NCBI GenBank assembly: GCA_965223505.1
Contig: CBDCWP010000010.1
Span: forward strand, 64,001 to 128,000
DNA from: Planctomycetota bacterium
GTDB taxonomy: Bacteria > Planctomycetota > PLA2 > JAEUHO01
DNA: 64,000 nucleotides
Reading direction: 5' to 3'
Shown: positions 11,402 through 21,656 of the stretch, one piece after another
Numbering within the stretch: the stretch's first letter is position 1
Layout: each line of letters starts with the position of its first letter
Program-made: the position numbers and the translations under genes
Notes under the pieces: model-generated
Told to the model about the DNA's origin: nothing
Database searches by the model: none
Seen by the model: only the letters and a program-made list of their open reading frames with translations

Positions 11402-12328
11402 ATGCTGTCGCGCATCATTCCCGGACCGCTCGTCCGCCTGTTTGCCCGCCGCTACGTCGCGGGTGGCTCCATGGAGGAAGGGATCGACGTCGCGCGGCGC
11501 CTGCTCGACGACCGCCTCATCCTCAGCTCGATGGACCTGCTGGGCGAGGCCGTGGACGACCCCGAGCAGGTGCTGGCCAACGTGCGCATCTACCGCGAGC
11601 TCATCGACGCGCTCAGCAGCGACAGGCGTTTCACGACGTCCGGCTACCCGCCCGGCGGGTCCGCCGTCCCCTCGGTCTCGCTCAAGCCGTCCTGCTTCAC
11701 GATCGGCGAGCAGGAGGAGGCGGCCGAGCACATCCGCGGTCTCTGCCGCCGCGCGCACGAGAGCGGCGTTGCGATCACCATCGACATGGAGGACCATCCC
11801 TGGACGGACTTCACGCTCGATCTGTCGGTGTCGCTGTTCGAGGAAGGCCTCGACGTCGGCGCCGTGCTGCAGACCCGCCTGCACAGAACCGAGGCGGACC
11901 TCGAGCGGATTCCCGCGGGCATGCGGGTTCGCCTGGTCATCGGGATCTACCCGGAGCCCGAAGAGATCGCGCTCGTCGACAAGGCGGCCATGAAGGAGCG
12001 CATGCTGACCTACGCCGCGCGCCTGCTCGAGCGCGGTGCGACGGTCGAGTTCGCGACCCACGACGAGGGCTGCCTCGAGCGCTTTCTCACGGACGTCGCG
12101 CCGGCCGCGCCCGAGCGCTGTGAGATCCAGATGCTGCTGGGCGTGCCCCGCGATCGATTCGTCCGTCGGCTGCGCGAAGGCGCGTTCGGCCTGATGCTTC
12201 CGGTGCGCCTGTACGTGCCGTTTGCCGTTGGCTGGGCCGACGCGACGGCGTACCTGCGACGGCGCATGCGCGAGACCCCGAACATGATGTGGCTCGTCCT
12301 GCGCAACCTCATCCCGCGCAGGAAGTAG
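11402..12328 (+). CDS. Monofunctional proline dehydrogenase
   Basis: RYVAG, SLKPS, IDMED, FATHD, QMLLG, LYVPF, YLRRRMRE motifs. Confidence 0.85.
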   Translation: MLSRIIPGPLVRLFARRYVAGGSMEEGIDVARRLLDDRLILSSMDLLGEAVDDPEQVLANVRIYRELIDALSSDRRFTTSGYPPGGSAVPSVSLKPSCFTIGEQEEAAEHIRGLCRRAHESGVAITIDMEDHPWTDFTLDLSVSLFEEGLDVGAVLQTRLHRTEADLERIPAGMRVRLVIGIYPEPEEIALVDKAAMKERMLTYAARLLERGATVEFATHDEGCLERFLTDVAPAAPERCEIQMLLGVPRDRFVRRLREGAFGLMLPVRLYVPFAVGWADATAYLRRRMRETPNMMWLVLRNLIPRRK

Positions 12329-12332
12329 TGTC

Positions 12333-14771
12333 ATGACGCCGCGCGCGCCCCTCTTCGGCCTGATGTTCTTCGCATCGGGCGCGGCGGGCCTCATGTACCA
12401 GGTCTCGTGGCAGCGCGAGCTGGGTCTGCTCTTCGGAAACACGACCCACTCGACGTCGACGACGCTCGCGGTGTTCTTCCTCGGGCTCGCCGCCGGGAGC
12501 CACCGGTGGGGGCGGCGCTGCCGCGACGTCAGCCGGCCGCTGCGGTTGTTCGGCCGGCTCGAGGTCGCAACGGGCGTGTCGGCGCTGCTCATGCTCGCGC
12601 TCCTGCCGCTGTACCGGTCGTGGTTCGGCGCGCTCTACGCGCAGTTCGGCGACGTGCCGGCACTCTTCCTCGCCGTCAAGTTCGCGCTCGCCGCCGTCGC
12701 CTTGTTCCCGGCCGCGTTCTTCATGGGCGGCACGCTGCCGGTGCTGGCGCAGGGACTGGTGCGCGAGGACGTGGGCCGCACCGGCACCTGGCTCTACGCC
12801 GTCAACACGTTCGGCGCGGCGCTGGGAGCGATGCTCGCGGGGTTCTTCCTGCCACGATTCCTGGGCTTCCGAACGACGTACTTCGCCGCCGTTGCCGTCA
12901 GCGTCGCCATCGGGGTGGTGGCGATCGCTGTCGCCCGATCCGAATCGTCAGCGTCGGCTCCGCCTGCCGGGTCCGTGGATCGAACGCGGGCCGGCGTAGG
13001 GCTGGCCTTCGCCTCGGGCGCGCTGGCCCTCTCCCTCGAGGTGTTGTGGACGCGCATGTTCATGGTCGTGCTGCAAAACACCGTCTACACGTTCGGCGCG
13101 CTGCTGGTCTGCTTCCTGATCGCGCTGTCCCTGGGCGCGGGCCTCGCGCACGTGTTGTGTCGAACCCGCATCCCGCCGCGGCGGGTGATGTCGATCTTGT
13201 TGGTGGCGTCGGGGGTGCTCGTCGTCCTGTCGCCGCGTCTGTTCGGCTACGTCTCGGCGTGGCGGCTCGACGACGGCGGCGACTGGGGCCGCTACGTCGC
13301 GTACCTCTTCCTACGCGTCGGCAGCGTCGTGCTGCTGCCGGGATTGGTGCTCGGCGCGGTGTTTCCGTTCCTCCTGCGAACCGTGGATGTCCGCTCCGCG
13401 GGGGGCTCGCCCGGCGCGCTCGTCGGGCGTCTGCTCGCCGCGAACACGATCGGCGCGCTGCTGGGCGCCCTGGTCGCGGGCTACGCGTTGGTGCAGCTCT
13501 TCGGCTCGACGGCGGCGGTGGTCGTCGCCGGTTGCGTCTATCTGGCGTTGGCCGCGCTGACCGCGCGACGCCGCCGGCTGGCGTGGATCGCGCTCGTTCC
13601 CGTCGTGGTCTTGGGCGGATTCGAAGCGATCTGGCAGCACGGCGCCGCCCGGGCGCGCATCGCCGCGTCGGACGAGACGCTCGTCGAGGCCTACGAGGGC
13701 ACTGCGGGTTCGGTGGCCGTGGTGAAGCGCGGCCGGGGACTGCGGCTGCGCTTGAACCGCCACTACGTGCTGGGCGGGTCCGCGGAACCGACATGGGAAC
13801 GGCTGCAAACCCACATTCCGTTGTGCTTGCACGACGATCCGAAGTCGGTCTTCTACATCGGGATGGGCACCGGCATCACGGCCGGGGCGGCGCTTCGGCA
13901 CGACGTGAAGCGCGTCGTCGTGACCGAGCTTGTGCCCGAAGTCGTCGAGGCCGCGCGCGACCACTTCGCACCCTGGGCGGGCGGGCTGTTCGAAGACCAG
14001 CGCGTGGAGATCATCACGGAAGACGCACGGACGGTTCTCCACGGGACCCGGGAGCGCTACGACGTCGTGATCGGGGACTTGTTCCTGCCGTGGAAGCGCG
14101 GCGTCGGCTCGCTCTACACGCGGGAGCAGTTCGCCGCCGGCCGCGCCCGCCTGAAGGACGGCGGCATCTACGCGCAGTGGCTGCCCCTGTACCAGGTCGG
14201 CGACAGCTTCGGCGACATCGCGCACGCGTTCGCGCAGGTCTTCGACGAGGTGACGGTGTGGCGCGGCGATTTCTTCGCGGCGCGCGCCATCGTCGCGCTG
14301 GTCGGACGCAAGGGCGGGGAGCCGCTCGATCCGGAGGCGTACGCCGCGTCGTTTCGGCGGGTGTTCGCCTCGGGCGATCTCGACGTCTCGGCCGGGTTCG
14401 ACGTGCTGCCGTTCCACCTCTACCTCGGGTCGTTCGACCGCGAGACGTTCGCCGACGGTCGCGCGCTCAATACCGACGATCTGCCGGTGATCGAGTTCGA
14501 GGCGCCGAAGCTGCAGCGCAGAACGTCGGTGATCGAAGAAGAAGGGCTGCGCCGTCTGTATCTGTCGTTTCGCGGCGACGATATGTATGCGGGGTATTTG
14601 CAACGGCTCGACCCGACGCAGCGCAAATACGTGGAGGCGGGACAGGCGTTGTTCGAGTACGGATTGTGGCAGCGGCTGGACGAGAACGCGAAGGCGCGGA
14701 TCGCGTTCAGCAACTACGTGCGGTGCGTGCCCCGGGAGCAGATGGTGAAGTTCGAGGAATGGATCCAATAG
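12333..14771 (+). CDS. Fused multi-TM / spermidine synthase-like SAM-dependent protein
   Basis: FFASGAAGLMYQVSW..LFG, GGTLP and LYAVNTFGA in the TM region; IGMGTGIT, ELVPEV and YDVVIGD in the C-terminal domain. Confidence 0.85.
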   Translation: MTPRAPLFGLMFFASGAAGLMYQVSWQRELGLLFGNTTHSTSTTLAVFFLGLAAGSHRWGRRCRDVSRPLRLFGRLEVATGVSALLMLALLPLYRSWFGALYAQFGDVPALFLAVKFALAAVALFPAAFFMGGTLPVLAQGLVREDVGRTGTWLYAVNTFGAALGAMLAGFFLPRFLGFRTTYFAAVAVSVAIGVVAIAVARSESSASAPPAGSVDRTRAGVGLAFASGALALSLEVLWTRMFMVVLQNTVYTFGALLVCFLIALSLGAGLAHVLCRTRIPPRRVMSILLVASGVLVVLSPRLFGYVSAWRLDDGGDWGRYVAYLFLRVGSVVLLPGLVLGAVFPFLLRTVDVRSAGGSPGALVGRLLAANTIGALLGALVAGYALVQLFGSTAAVVVAGCVYLALAALTARRRRLAWIALVPVVVLGGFEAIWQHGAARARIAASDETLVEAYEGTAGSVAVVKRGRGLRLRLNRHYVLGGSAEPTWERLQTHIPLCLHDDPKSVFYIGMGTGITAGAALRHDVKRVVVTELVPEVVEAARDHFAPWAGGLFEDQRVEIITEDARTVLHGTRERYDVVIGDLFLPWKRGVGSLYTREQFAAGRARLKDGGIYAQWLPLYQVGDSFGDIAHAFAQVFDEVTVWRGDFFAARAIVALVGRKGGEPLDPEAYAASFRRVFASGDLDVSAGFDVLPFHLYLGSFDRETFADGRALNTDDLPVIEFEAPKLQRRTSVIEEEGLRRLYLSFRGDDMYAGYLQRLDPTQRKYVEAGQALFEYGLWQRLDENAKARIAFSNYVRCVPREQMVKFEEWIQ

Positions 14772-14837
14772 GACGACCCTTGTGGTCGCCCAATGAGGGA
14801 CACGCTTGGTTGGGCAGCCACGAGGGCTGACCCTACG
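14768..14837. repeat. REP doublet (GTAG family)
   Basis: ATAGGACGACCCTTGTGGTCGCCC ... GGGCAGCCACGAGGGCTGACCCTAC between convergent genes. Confidence 0.8.
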
Positions 14838-14856
14838 GCAGGACATGCGACGGCCG

Positions 14857-15483
14857 TCAGCCCGTACGCACCACCCGGCCGTCGCGCAGCTCGACGTTGC
14901 CGAGGATGACGTCCGCGATGCAACGGGGGTACATCTTGCGCTCCGCACGCTGCACGCGGGCCGCCAACGTGTCCACCGTGTCGTCGTCGCGCACCTTCAC
15001 GACCACCTGGTCGATGATCGGGCCGCCGTCCACCTCGTCCGTGACATAGTGCACCGTGCAGCCGGTCACCTTGCACCCGCGCTCGAGCACCGCCTCGTGC
15101 ACGCGATGGCCGTAGCACCCCTTGCCGCCGAACGCCGGCAGCAGACTCGGGTGGACATTGAGCCACGCGCCCGCCAGGTCCGGCGGAACGGTGTAGATCG
15201 ACAGGAATCCGCCGTTGACGACGAGATCGGGCGCGTGGGGGCGCAGCGCCTCTTCGAGCGCGGCCGAGAATCGTTCCAGCCCGCGATACGTCTTGCGGTC
15301 GACGATCGCCACCGGAATGTCGCGCTCGCGCGCGTGGTCGAGCCCCGTGGCGCCGTCGCGGTCCGCGACGGCGAAGACGACCTCGCCCGGCACCTCGCCC
15401 GCGTCGATCTTCTCGAGCAGGTTCTTCAGCGTGCTCCCCGAGCCCGACAGCAAGAAGGCGATGCGGGCATGCGGCCGGGTCAT
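14857..15483 (-). CDS. purN: Phosphoribosylglycinamide formyltransferase
   Basis: LSGSGSTL, NVHPSLLPAFGG, TGCTVHYV, DGGPII. Confidence 0.93.
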   Translation of the reverse strand: MTRPHARIAFLLSGSGSTLKNLLEKIDAGEVPGEVVFAVADRDGATGLDHARERDIPVAIVDRKTYRGLERFSAALEEALRPHAPDLVVNGGFLSIYTVPPDLAGAWLNVHPSLLPAFGGKGCYGHRVHEAVLERGCKVTGCTVHYVTDEVDGGPIIDQVVVKVRDDDTVDTLAARVQRAERKMYPRCIADVILGNVELRDGRVVRTG

Positions 15484-15779
15484 TGCGACTCTTCTAACAG
15501 CCGACCCACGGCATCCGCTGCAAGTCCCGATACCTCGATGGTCTTGAGCGGCGTGCCGGCGCCCCGCACGATGCGCAACGCGCCCTTGGGGACGCCCAGG
15601 GTGTCGGCCAGCAGCTCGACCACCGCTCGGTTGGCCTTGCCGCCTTCCGGCGGGGCGGCGACCTTGACGCGCAGACGATCGCCGTAGACGCCCGCAATCT
15701 GGTTGCGCGAGCCGCCCGGCACGACCTTGCAGTGCACGTGCGCGCCGCCGTCGCGCGCCTCCACGAACGCCGGGATCAC
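15480..15779 (-). CDS. DUF167 (YggU-like) protein
   Basis: VVPGGSRN, LRVKVAAPPEGGKANRAV, RGAGTPLK; GTG start at 15779 overlaps the kinase stop. Confidence 0.85.
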   Translation of the reverse strand: MIPAFVEARDGGAHVHCKVVPGGSRNQIAGVYGDRLRVKVAAPPEGGKANRAVVELLADTLGVPKGALRIVRGAGTPLKTIEVSGLAADAVGRLLEESQ

Positions 15780-18700
15780 TTGTCGGGGTCGGGCTTGCCG
15801 GCCGGGTTCACCGGCGCCGGGGGGTTCTCGCCGGCGTTCGCATTCGCGTTCGGCGCGGGGGCCGGCGGCGCGCGCTTCTTCAGCGGTGGCACCTTTTCGT
15901 TGGCGTAGGCCACGTCGGGGTGCTTGCTCTCGCGCCGAATCGCACTGCCCCACGCGGTGCTTGCCCAGTTCGGGTCGGAGACCATCTTGTCCACGAGATC
16001 GTTGACCTCGAACAGCAGCGCGTTGAAGCGGTTGAACTCCTCGAGGATCTTCTGGCGCTGAGCGTTTCCGAAGTTCTTGACGCCGATGAGCCTCGGATCG
16101 ACCTGCTCCAGGAATTCGTTGAACTCCTGCTCGACCTCATGGGCGCGGTACCAAGCCGCGGCCACCTGCATCTCGGCGTCCAGCGAGTTCAGCCGGCGAC
16201 TGACGTCGGCGATCTCGTCTGCGTCGTCCCGCGAGAGCTTCGTCTTGTACGCGATGTAGTGCTTCTCGGCGGCGCCGCGGTCGCCGGCGAGCTCGGCCAG
16301 GATGCCGAGGCCACGCAGGTCGTCCTTCGTGAACTCGAACCGGGGCTCGCCCTTGTAGTAGAAGACGCGTTCGATCAAGACCTTCGGCCCGAGCTCGCGG
16401 AAGGTGGTCTCCTCGTCCCGGCCGAACTGGATGCCCGAGAGGGAGACGGCCCTGGGCTTCTTCTTCTCGACCTTGTCCTTTTCGCCGTCGAGCTCGACCA
16501 CCTTTCGGCTCCAGCCCTTGTCGAACGAGGCCTTGAGGTGCTGCAGGAGCGCATCGAGCGCCTTCGCGTCCCGGGCCCAGGTCTCCGCGAGCTCGCGGTA
16601 CGCGTCGGTGCGCATGTTGGCCGCGATCTGGCTCGTCTGTCCGGCGACCGAGGGAAGGACCGTCCCGTCGATGAGGTGGAACAGGCCGATGTTGATGTCG
16701 TCGTAGCCGGTCGGCGGATGGCGTAGGTCCACCAGCAGCCGGAAGTAGACGGCTTGGTCGTGCCGCCAATCGGCGTCCTCGAGCAGCTTCTTGTCGCGCT
16801 CGAGCCGCGTGATGCGGACACTGATCGCGTCCCGCCACTCGTTGAACTTCTTGGCGATCGGGCCGGTGCCGCCGCGGTCGCTCGGCAACGAGTCGAGGTA
16901 GTCGCGCAGGATCTTCAGTGCCGCGTCGTAGCCCTCGTGGGTGTTCTTGGGGTTCTTCGGTACGCCGCCGTCGTCGCTGGGCGGCGCCTTGGCGTTGTCC
17001 TTGAGCGCCTGGGTCGCGTCGTCCCACGCCTTCTTGAACGCCTCGCCCATCTTCTTTAGCGCCGCGTCGCGCCACTTCTTGCCGGGCGGATCGCCCAGGA
17101 CCCCCTTGATCAGCACCTCGACCTCGCCCGGCTTGTCGGCCGTGGGCTGCCGCAACAGCTGCACCTTGCCGATGAGCGGGTGCTCCAGGAACGCGTTGTC
17201 CACGATGTCGGCGAGCAGCTCGGTCACGGCGTTCTCCGCGAGCTTCTCTTCGAGGTCCATGTACGCGCCTTCGGCCAGCAGGCGATCGAGCTCGCCGGCG
17301 AACTCCTTCAGCTTCTTGTCGATCGCCGCGACGGCTTCGTCGTGCTTGGTCTCGGTCTCGCTCTTGAGCTCCTTGCGGGTCTTGATGTAGTCGCGAATGT
17401 CTTGCGCCGCCTTGTCGCCGGCGCTTGCGTAGCCCTGCAGCTTGGTCGAGCCGTCGTCGTACGCTTTCAAGAGCTTCCCGAATTCGGCAATCAACGCGTC
17501 GATGTCGGGGGCGTTCTCGCGCTTCTCCCAGTCCGCGATCTTCGGCTGGGCCTTGGCTTTCGAGCCCTTCCATTCCTTGATCTTGTCGCGCCACACCTTC
17601 GCCTTGGCGCCGTAGTCGGCGGCGAGCTTCAGGTGGCTCTTCTCGTCTTGCTCCCAGGTCTCGGAGATGTCGGACTTCGTTCGCCGCGTATCGAGCTCGA
17701 GCTTGTCGCTCGTGGCGTTGTTGAGGTAGGTGCTCACCCCCGTGATGAGCTGGGTGACCTTCACCCTCTCCTCGACGGCACTCATGTCCTTCGTCCTGTC
17801 GACCTCCTGGATCTCCGCGGGCTTGCTCATCAGCATCGCGATGACGCCGATCGCGGCGGCCAGCAGCACCGCGGCGGCGATGATGATCGGCTTGCGGCTC
17901 TTGGGCTTGATGCCGTGCTCTTCGAGACCGTGCTGCAGCCGCACCTTGTCGAGCGCGACCAACAGCTCTTCCGGCGTCTGATAGCGCTCGTCGGGATCCT
18001 TCGCCATCAGCTTGTGCACGATGGCGTCGAGCGCCTGCGGCACCGACTTCGCATGGTCGTTGACGTGCGGGACCGGCTTGTTGAGGTGTCCGAGCAGAAT
18101 CTCCTTCACCGTCTTGCCGGGGAAGGGGTTCTTTCCGCTGAGGACGCGGAAGAACGTGCAGCCGAGGCTGTAGAGGTCGGTGCGGTGGTCGATCGTCGTC
18201 TTGCGGCGGATCGCCTCCGGCGAGATGAAGTGGGGCGTCCCGATGATGCCCTGGCTCATCAGGTCGTCGTTCTCGGACCGCTTCGCCAGGCCCAGGTCGC
18301 ACAGCTTGGCGCTGCCGTCCTCGGAGACCATCAGGTTGTCGGGCTTGACGTCGCGATGCAGGATGTCGCGCTTGTTCGCGAAGACGAGCGCGTTGGTCGC
18401 GTCGAGGAACCAGTTCAGCGCTTCCTTCCAGTCGCCCGGCTGCTTGTCGAGGATCTCTTCGATGGAGCCGCCCGAGACGAACTCCATCGAGAAGAAGTAG
18501 TGACCGCCTTCGCTGCCGACGTCGTAGACCTGCACGACGTTGGGGTGGTTGAGCGCGCCGGCCGAGCGCGCTTCGTTCAAGAACTGATCGACGAACGCCG
18601 AGTCCTTGACGAACTTCTCGCTCAGCACCTTGAGCGCGACCTTGCGCTTCAGCGAGACCTGCTCGGCGAGGTACACGGCGCCCATGCCCCCCTTGCCGAT

Positions 18701-19174
18701 CTTCTGCTCGATCTTGTAGCCGCCGAGCTCCTTGCCGACGAGCTCGTCGGGCGGGAGCTTCTGCGCCGACGACGTATCGACACCGCGGGTGCGGTTGGTC
18801 GACGACGTGTTCTCGACACCGGCCGCATCGAGGTTGCGCCCTTGGGTCGGCTCTATCTCTTCGTCGGCGTCGCCGTCGGAAAGAACACGCAGGATCGTGA
18901 GTCCGAGCCGCAGCTCGTCGCCGGGGTTCAAGCCCGTGTCGCTCGAGACCGGCTGCCCGTTCACCTGGCTGCCGTGCGTCGAGTTCAGGTCGCGCAACAT
19001 CGCGGACGTGCCGTTGTCCCCGACGTGCACCTCGCAATGCGCTTTCGACACCTTCATGTCGAGGACGCGCATCGAAGCGGACGGATGACGGCCGAGGACA
19101 TAGACGCCCGGCCGACCGAGACGCAGGGTCTTGCCCGCGTCCTGGCCGTGTTCGATCCGAATTCGGATGCTCAC
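15776..19174 (-). CDS. FHA-domain Ser/Thr protein kinase with one TM helix and a large helical C-terminal region
   Basis: FHA (LGR..VSKAH..DLNSTHG); kinase GKGGMGAVY, VALK, HRDVKPDN, DLG, GTPHFISPE; TM IIIAAAVLLAAAIGVIAMLM; GTG start at 19174. Confidence 0.88.
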   Translation of the reverse strand: MSIRIRIEHGQDAGKTLRLGRPGVYVLGRHPSASMRVLDMKVSKAHCEVHVGDNGTSAMLRDLNSTHGSQVNGQPVSSDTGLNPGDELRLGLTILRVLSDGDADEEIEPTQGRNLDAAGVENTSSTNRTRGVDTSSAQKLPPDELVGKELGGYKIEQKIGKGGMGAVYLAEQVSLKRKVALKVLSEKFVKDSAFVDQFLNEARSAGALNHPNVVQVYDVGSEGGHYFFSMEFVSGGSIEEILDKQPGDWKEALNWFLDATNALVFANKRDILHRDVKPDNLMVSEDGSAKLCDLGLAKRSENDDLMSQGIIGTPHFISPEAIRRKTTIDHRTDLYSLGCTFFRVLSGKNPFPGKTVKEILLGHLNKPVPHVNDHAKSVPQALDAIVHKLMAKDPDERYQTPEELLVALDKVRLQHGLEEHGIKPKSRKPIIIAAAVLLAAAIGVIAMLMSKPAEIQEVDRTKDMSAVEERVKVTQLITGVSTYLNNATSDKLELDTRRTKSDISETWEQDEKSHLKLAADYGAKAKVWRDKIKEWKGSKAKAQPKIADWEKRENAPDIDALIAEFGKLLKAYDDGSTKLQGYASAGDKAAQDIRDYIKTRKELKSETETKHDEAVAAIDKKLKEFAGELDRLLAEGAYMDLEEKLAENAVTELLADIVDNAFLEHPLIGKVQLLRQPTADKPGEVEVLIKGVLGDPPGKKWRDAALKKMGEAFKKAWDDATQALKDNAKAPPSDDGGVPKNPKNTHEGYDAALKILRDYLDSLPSDRGGTGPIAKKFNEWRDAISVRITRLERDKKLLEDADWRHDQAVYFRLLVDLRHPPTGYDDINIGLFHLIDGTVLPSVAGQTSQIAANMRTDAYRELAETWARDAKALDALLQHLKASFDKGWSRKVVELDGEKDKVEKKKPRAVSLSGIQFGRDEETTFRELGPKVLIERVFYYKGEPRFEFTKDDLRGLGILAELAGDRGAAEKHYIAYKTKLSRDDADEIADVSRRLNSLDAEMQVAAAWYRAHEVEQEFNEFLEQVDPRLIGVKNFGNAQRQKILEEFNRFNALLFEVNDLVDKMVSDPNWASTAWGSAIRRESKHPDVAYANEKVPPLKKRAPPAPAPNANANAGENPPAPVNPAGKPDPDK

Positions 19175-19911
19175 GCGCCCTTCCTTTCCGTCATGGGGTC
19201 GTTTCTCGGGATCCCGTCGAAGACCGCACGGCCCACTCGAACGAGGGTTGCGCCCTCTTCGACGGCCGGCTCGAAGTCGTCGGTCATGCCCATGGAGAGG
19301 CCCGCGATGGGCGCACGTCCCACGCCAAGCCGCACCACGTCGTCTCGCACGTCCCTTAGAGTACGAAATGTGGCGCGAACGTCCCCCTCGGAACCACCCA
19401 GCCGGGCCATCGTCATGAGGCCGACAGGCTCCAGATGCGGGCATTGGGTCGTCACCATCTCTAGGAACGTCCGAACGGACTCCGGCGCAAGGCCTCCCTT
19501 GGCAGGATCTGCGGCGGCGTTGACCTGTACGTAGACCGGCCAGACCCGTCTCCGCGCCGCCAGGAGGTCCTCGAGGCGCCTCGCCAGCCGCTCCGAGTCC
19601 AGCGCCTGGAAGACGTCGAACAGATCGACCGCGACGGCCGCCTTGTTGCGTTGGAGGTGGCCGATGCCGTGCCAGGTCCAGTCGCTGGGGCCCAGGGAAC
19701 GCCGTTTGCGCGCCGTTTGCACCCGGTTCTCGCCCACGGCGCGCACGCCCGCGGCGTGCAACGGGTCGAAAACCCACGGCTCGACGGACTTGGTGACCAC
19801 GACCAGCTCGACGTCGCCCTCGGTCGCGTGCGCACCGCGCGCCCGGGCGGTCTCGATCCGCCCGCGGATCCGATCCAGGTTCTGTCGAAGTCGTTGCGCG
19901 ACGTGTTCCAT
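19171..19911 (-). CDS. yggS: PLP homeostasis protein (YggS/PLPBP)
   Basis: VVTK, GENRVQ, WHGIGHLQRNK, GLMTM, LSMGMTDD, VRVGRAVF. Confidence 0.92.
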   Translation of the reverse strand: MEHVAQRLRQNLDRIRGRIETARARGAHATEGDVELVVVTKSVEPWVFDPLHAAGVRAVGENRVQTARKRRSLGPSDWTWHGIGHLQRNKAAVAVDLFDVFQALDSERLARRLEDLLAARRRVWPVYVQVNAAADPAKGGLAPESVRTFLEMVTTQCPHLEPVGLMTMARLGGSEGDVRATFRTLRDVRDDVVRLGVGRAPIAGLSMGMTDDFEPAVEEGATLVRVGRAVFDGIPRNDPMTERKGA

Positions 19912-20231
19912 GCGCTGGCAAAGATCCCATCGTACCGTCTCGCCCGGCGCGAGCGTTTGAAATCGAGGTCCTCCGGGCGTTCGTTCGTCGCCCTAACCCA
20001 TTTCCATAAATGGACTTTCGCGCATCGCCGTTGCGGCGATGAACCTTGACACTACACCGGCGGTCCCCTATAAGTTCGACCTTCCATGGGGGCGCCGGAG
20101 GGGCCCGCGGTGCGGGTGTTGCGTGTCGCCATGGTGCCAGTTTCAATCAACGGAACAGCGAGGCTCTGGAGTCGGCATGCGGGCCCTCCGCTGCCGGTTC
20201 GTGCGCACTCGCAATCCGCGGAAACATACAC

Positions 20232-21494
20232 ATGCAGGGCTTCACCTTGGCACGACGTGGCCTTCTCATTCTCTTGACCGCGGTGTTCGCGGCTGGACTC
20301 GCCGGACAACGCGACGCGGAAGGCGACGGCGGAAGCTGCCTGAAGCCGGCGCGGCCCGTGAAGGGCGCCGTTCCGCTTGCGCGACATGGCGAGATCTCTC
20401 TCGAGCGCTTGCCGTGGGATGCGACGGTCATTCGCATCAACCTCGGCAAGAACCGTCCCGTCGCCGTCGCGGCGTGCTACCTGATGAAGGAACACCTTCT
20501 CGTGTTGGCGCAGAACGGGATGGTGTACTGCCTCGACCGGCACAACCTGCGCGCGCGCTGGGTCGCGAGCCTTCGCTACCCGCTGAAGGCCCCGCCGTGC
20601 GAAGGTCCGACGCACTACGTCTTCCTGACCAAGGGACACGGCGGCGCGTCCTATGTCGAGACGATCAGCCGTCGGGCGGGAACGCGCGGCGAGCGGTTCC
20701 CGAAGAAGCTGCCGTTCGCGGCGTCCGGCGGCGTGGCCGCGAACGGAAGCATGGCGTTCGTTCCCTCGCTGGGCAGCCCGCGCAACAACAAGACGTTCGA
20801 GACCGTCAGCCTGGTCACCGCGCGTCGCGGCTGGGGCTACCTCAGCACCGGGCTGATCTTCGGCGCGCCGGCCGTGGATCCGTCGGGCGACATCGTCGTC
20901 TTCGGCAGCCAGGACGGGGTCCTCACGTCGTTGCCGGCTTCGGCCTCCGCGCCGGCGTCGGAGAACTGGACGCGTTCGCTCGCGGGGCACCTGAGCGCCT
21001 CGCCGGTCGTGACGCCCGAGCACGTGGTGGTCGGCACGCAGGACGGCATCCTGTACTGCATCAACCTGCTCACCGGCGGCGTCAACTGGCTCAAGGGCAT
21101 CGACGATCCGATCAAGGAGACCGCCTGGGTCTTCGGCGGTATGAAGACGACCAAGCGCTCGACGGGCATCGAGGGCGCGGCCGACGTCGACGTCACGCGC
21201 TACGAGGGCATCGCGTTCGCGCGCAACCGCTCGGGCACCCACGCGTTCGACCTGACGACGGGCAACGAGCTCTTCGCGGATGCGGCCGGGCCGAAGCCGC
21301 TCTGCCGTCAGGGCAAGTACGTCGCCACGCTGGATCGCAAGCGCACGCTCAGCCTGCGCGATGCGAATGACGGCTACAAGGTGAAGGGTCGCCTGAACCT
21401 GAGCATGTTCCACCTGATCCCGACGAACCGCACGAGCGGCGCGATCTACGCCTGCACGGCGGACGGGACGATCGTGGCGGCCATTCCGAAGTAG
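20232..21494 (+). CDS. Secreted PQQ-like beta-propeller repeat protein
   Basis: Signal peptide; repeats such as FGSQDGVL, VGTQDGILYCINLLTGGVNW and AFDLTTGNELF. Confidence 0.65.
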   Translation: MQGFTLARRGLLILLTAVFAAGLAGQRDAEGDGGSCLKPARPVKGAVPLARHGEISLERLPWDATVIRINLGKNRPVAVAACYLMKEHLLVLAQNGMVYCLDRHNLRARWVASLRYPLKAPPCEGPTHYVFLTKGHGGASYVETISRRAGTRGERFPKKLPFAASGGVAANGSMAFVPSLGSPRNNKTFETVSLVTARRGWGYLSTGLIFGAPAVDPSGDIVVFGSQDGVLTSLPASASAPASENWTRSLAGHLSASPVVTPEHVVVGTQDGILYCINLLTGGVNWLKGIDDPIKETAWVFGGMKTTKRSTGIEGAADVDVTRYEGIAFARNRSGTHAFDLTTGNELFADAAGPKPLCRQGKYVATLDRKRTLSLRDANDGYKVKGRLNLSMFHLIPTNRTSGAIYACTADGTIVAAIPK

Positions 21495-21656
21495 CGCCGA
21501 TTCGGCGCACCCGCAGCTCGCCGCAGGCCGTTCCTATCGGGACGGCCTGCTGCAATTCCGGGCGAACGGGACCTGAAAACGCGTCGGCGATGCCGGAACG
21601 TGGGCCAACCAAGGGGGTACGAGTAGACTGCGGGCAGGCCTTTTCGGGAGTGCGCG

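Noticed and set aside
19175..20146. N-terminal extension of the 1456-aa kinase ORF
   Set aside because: It overlaps yggS in another frame; the FHA domain starts at GTG 19174.
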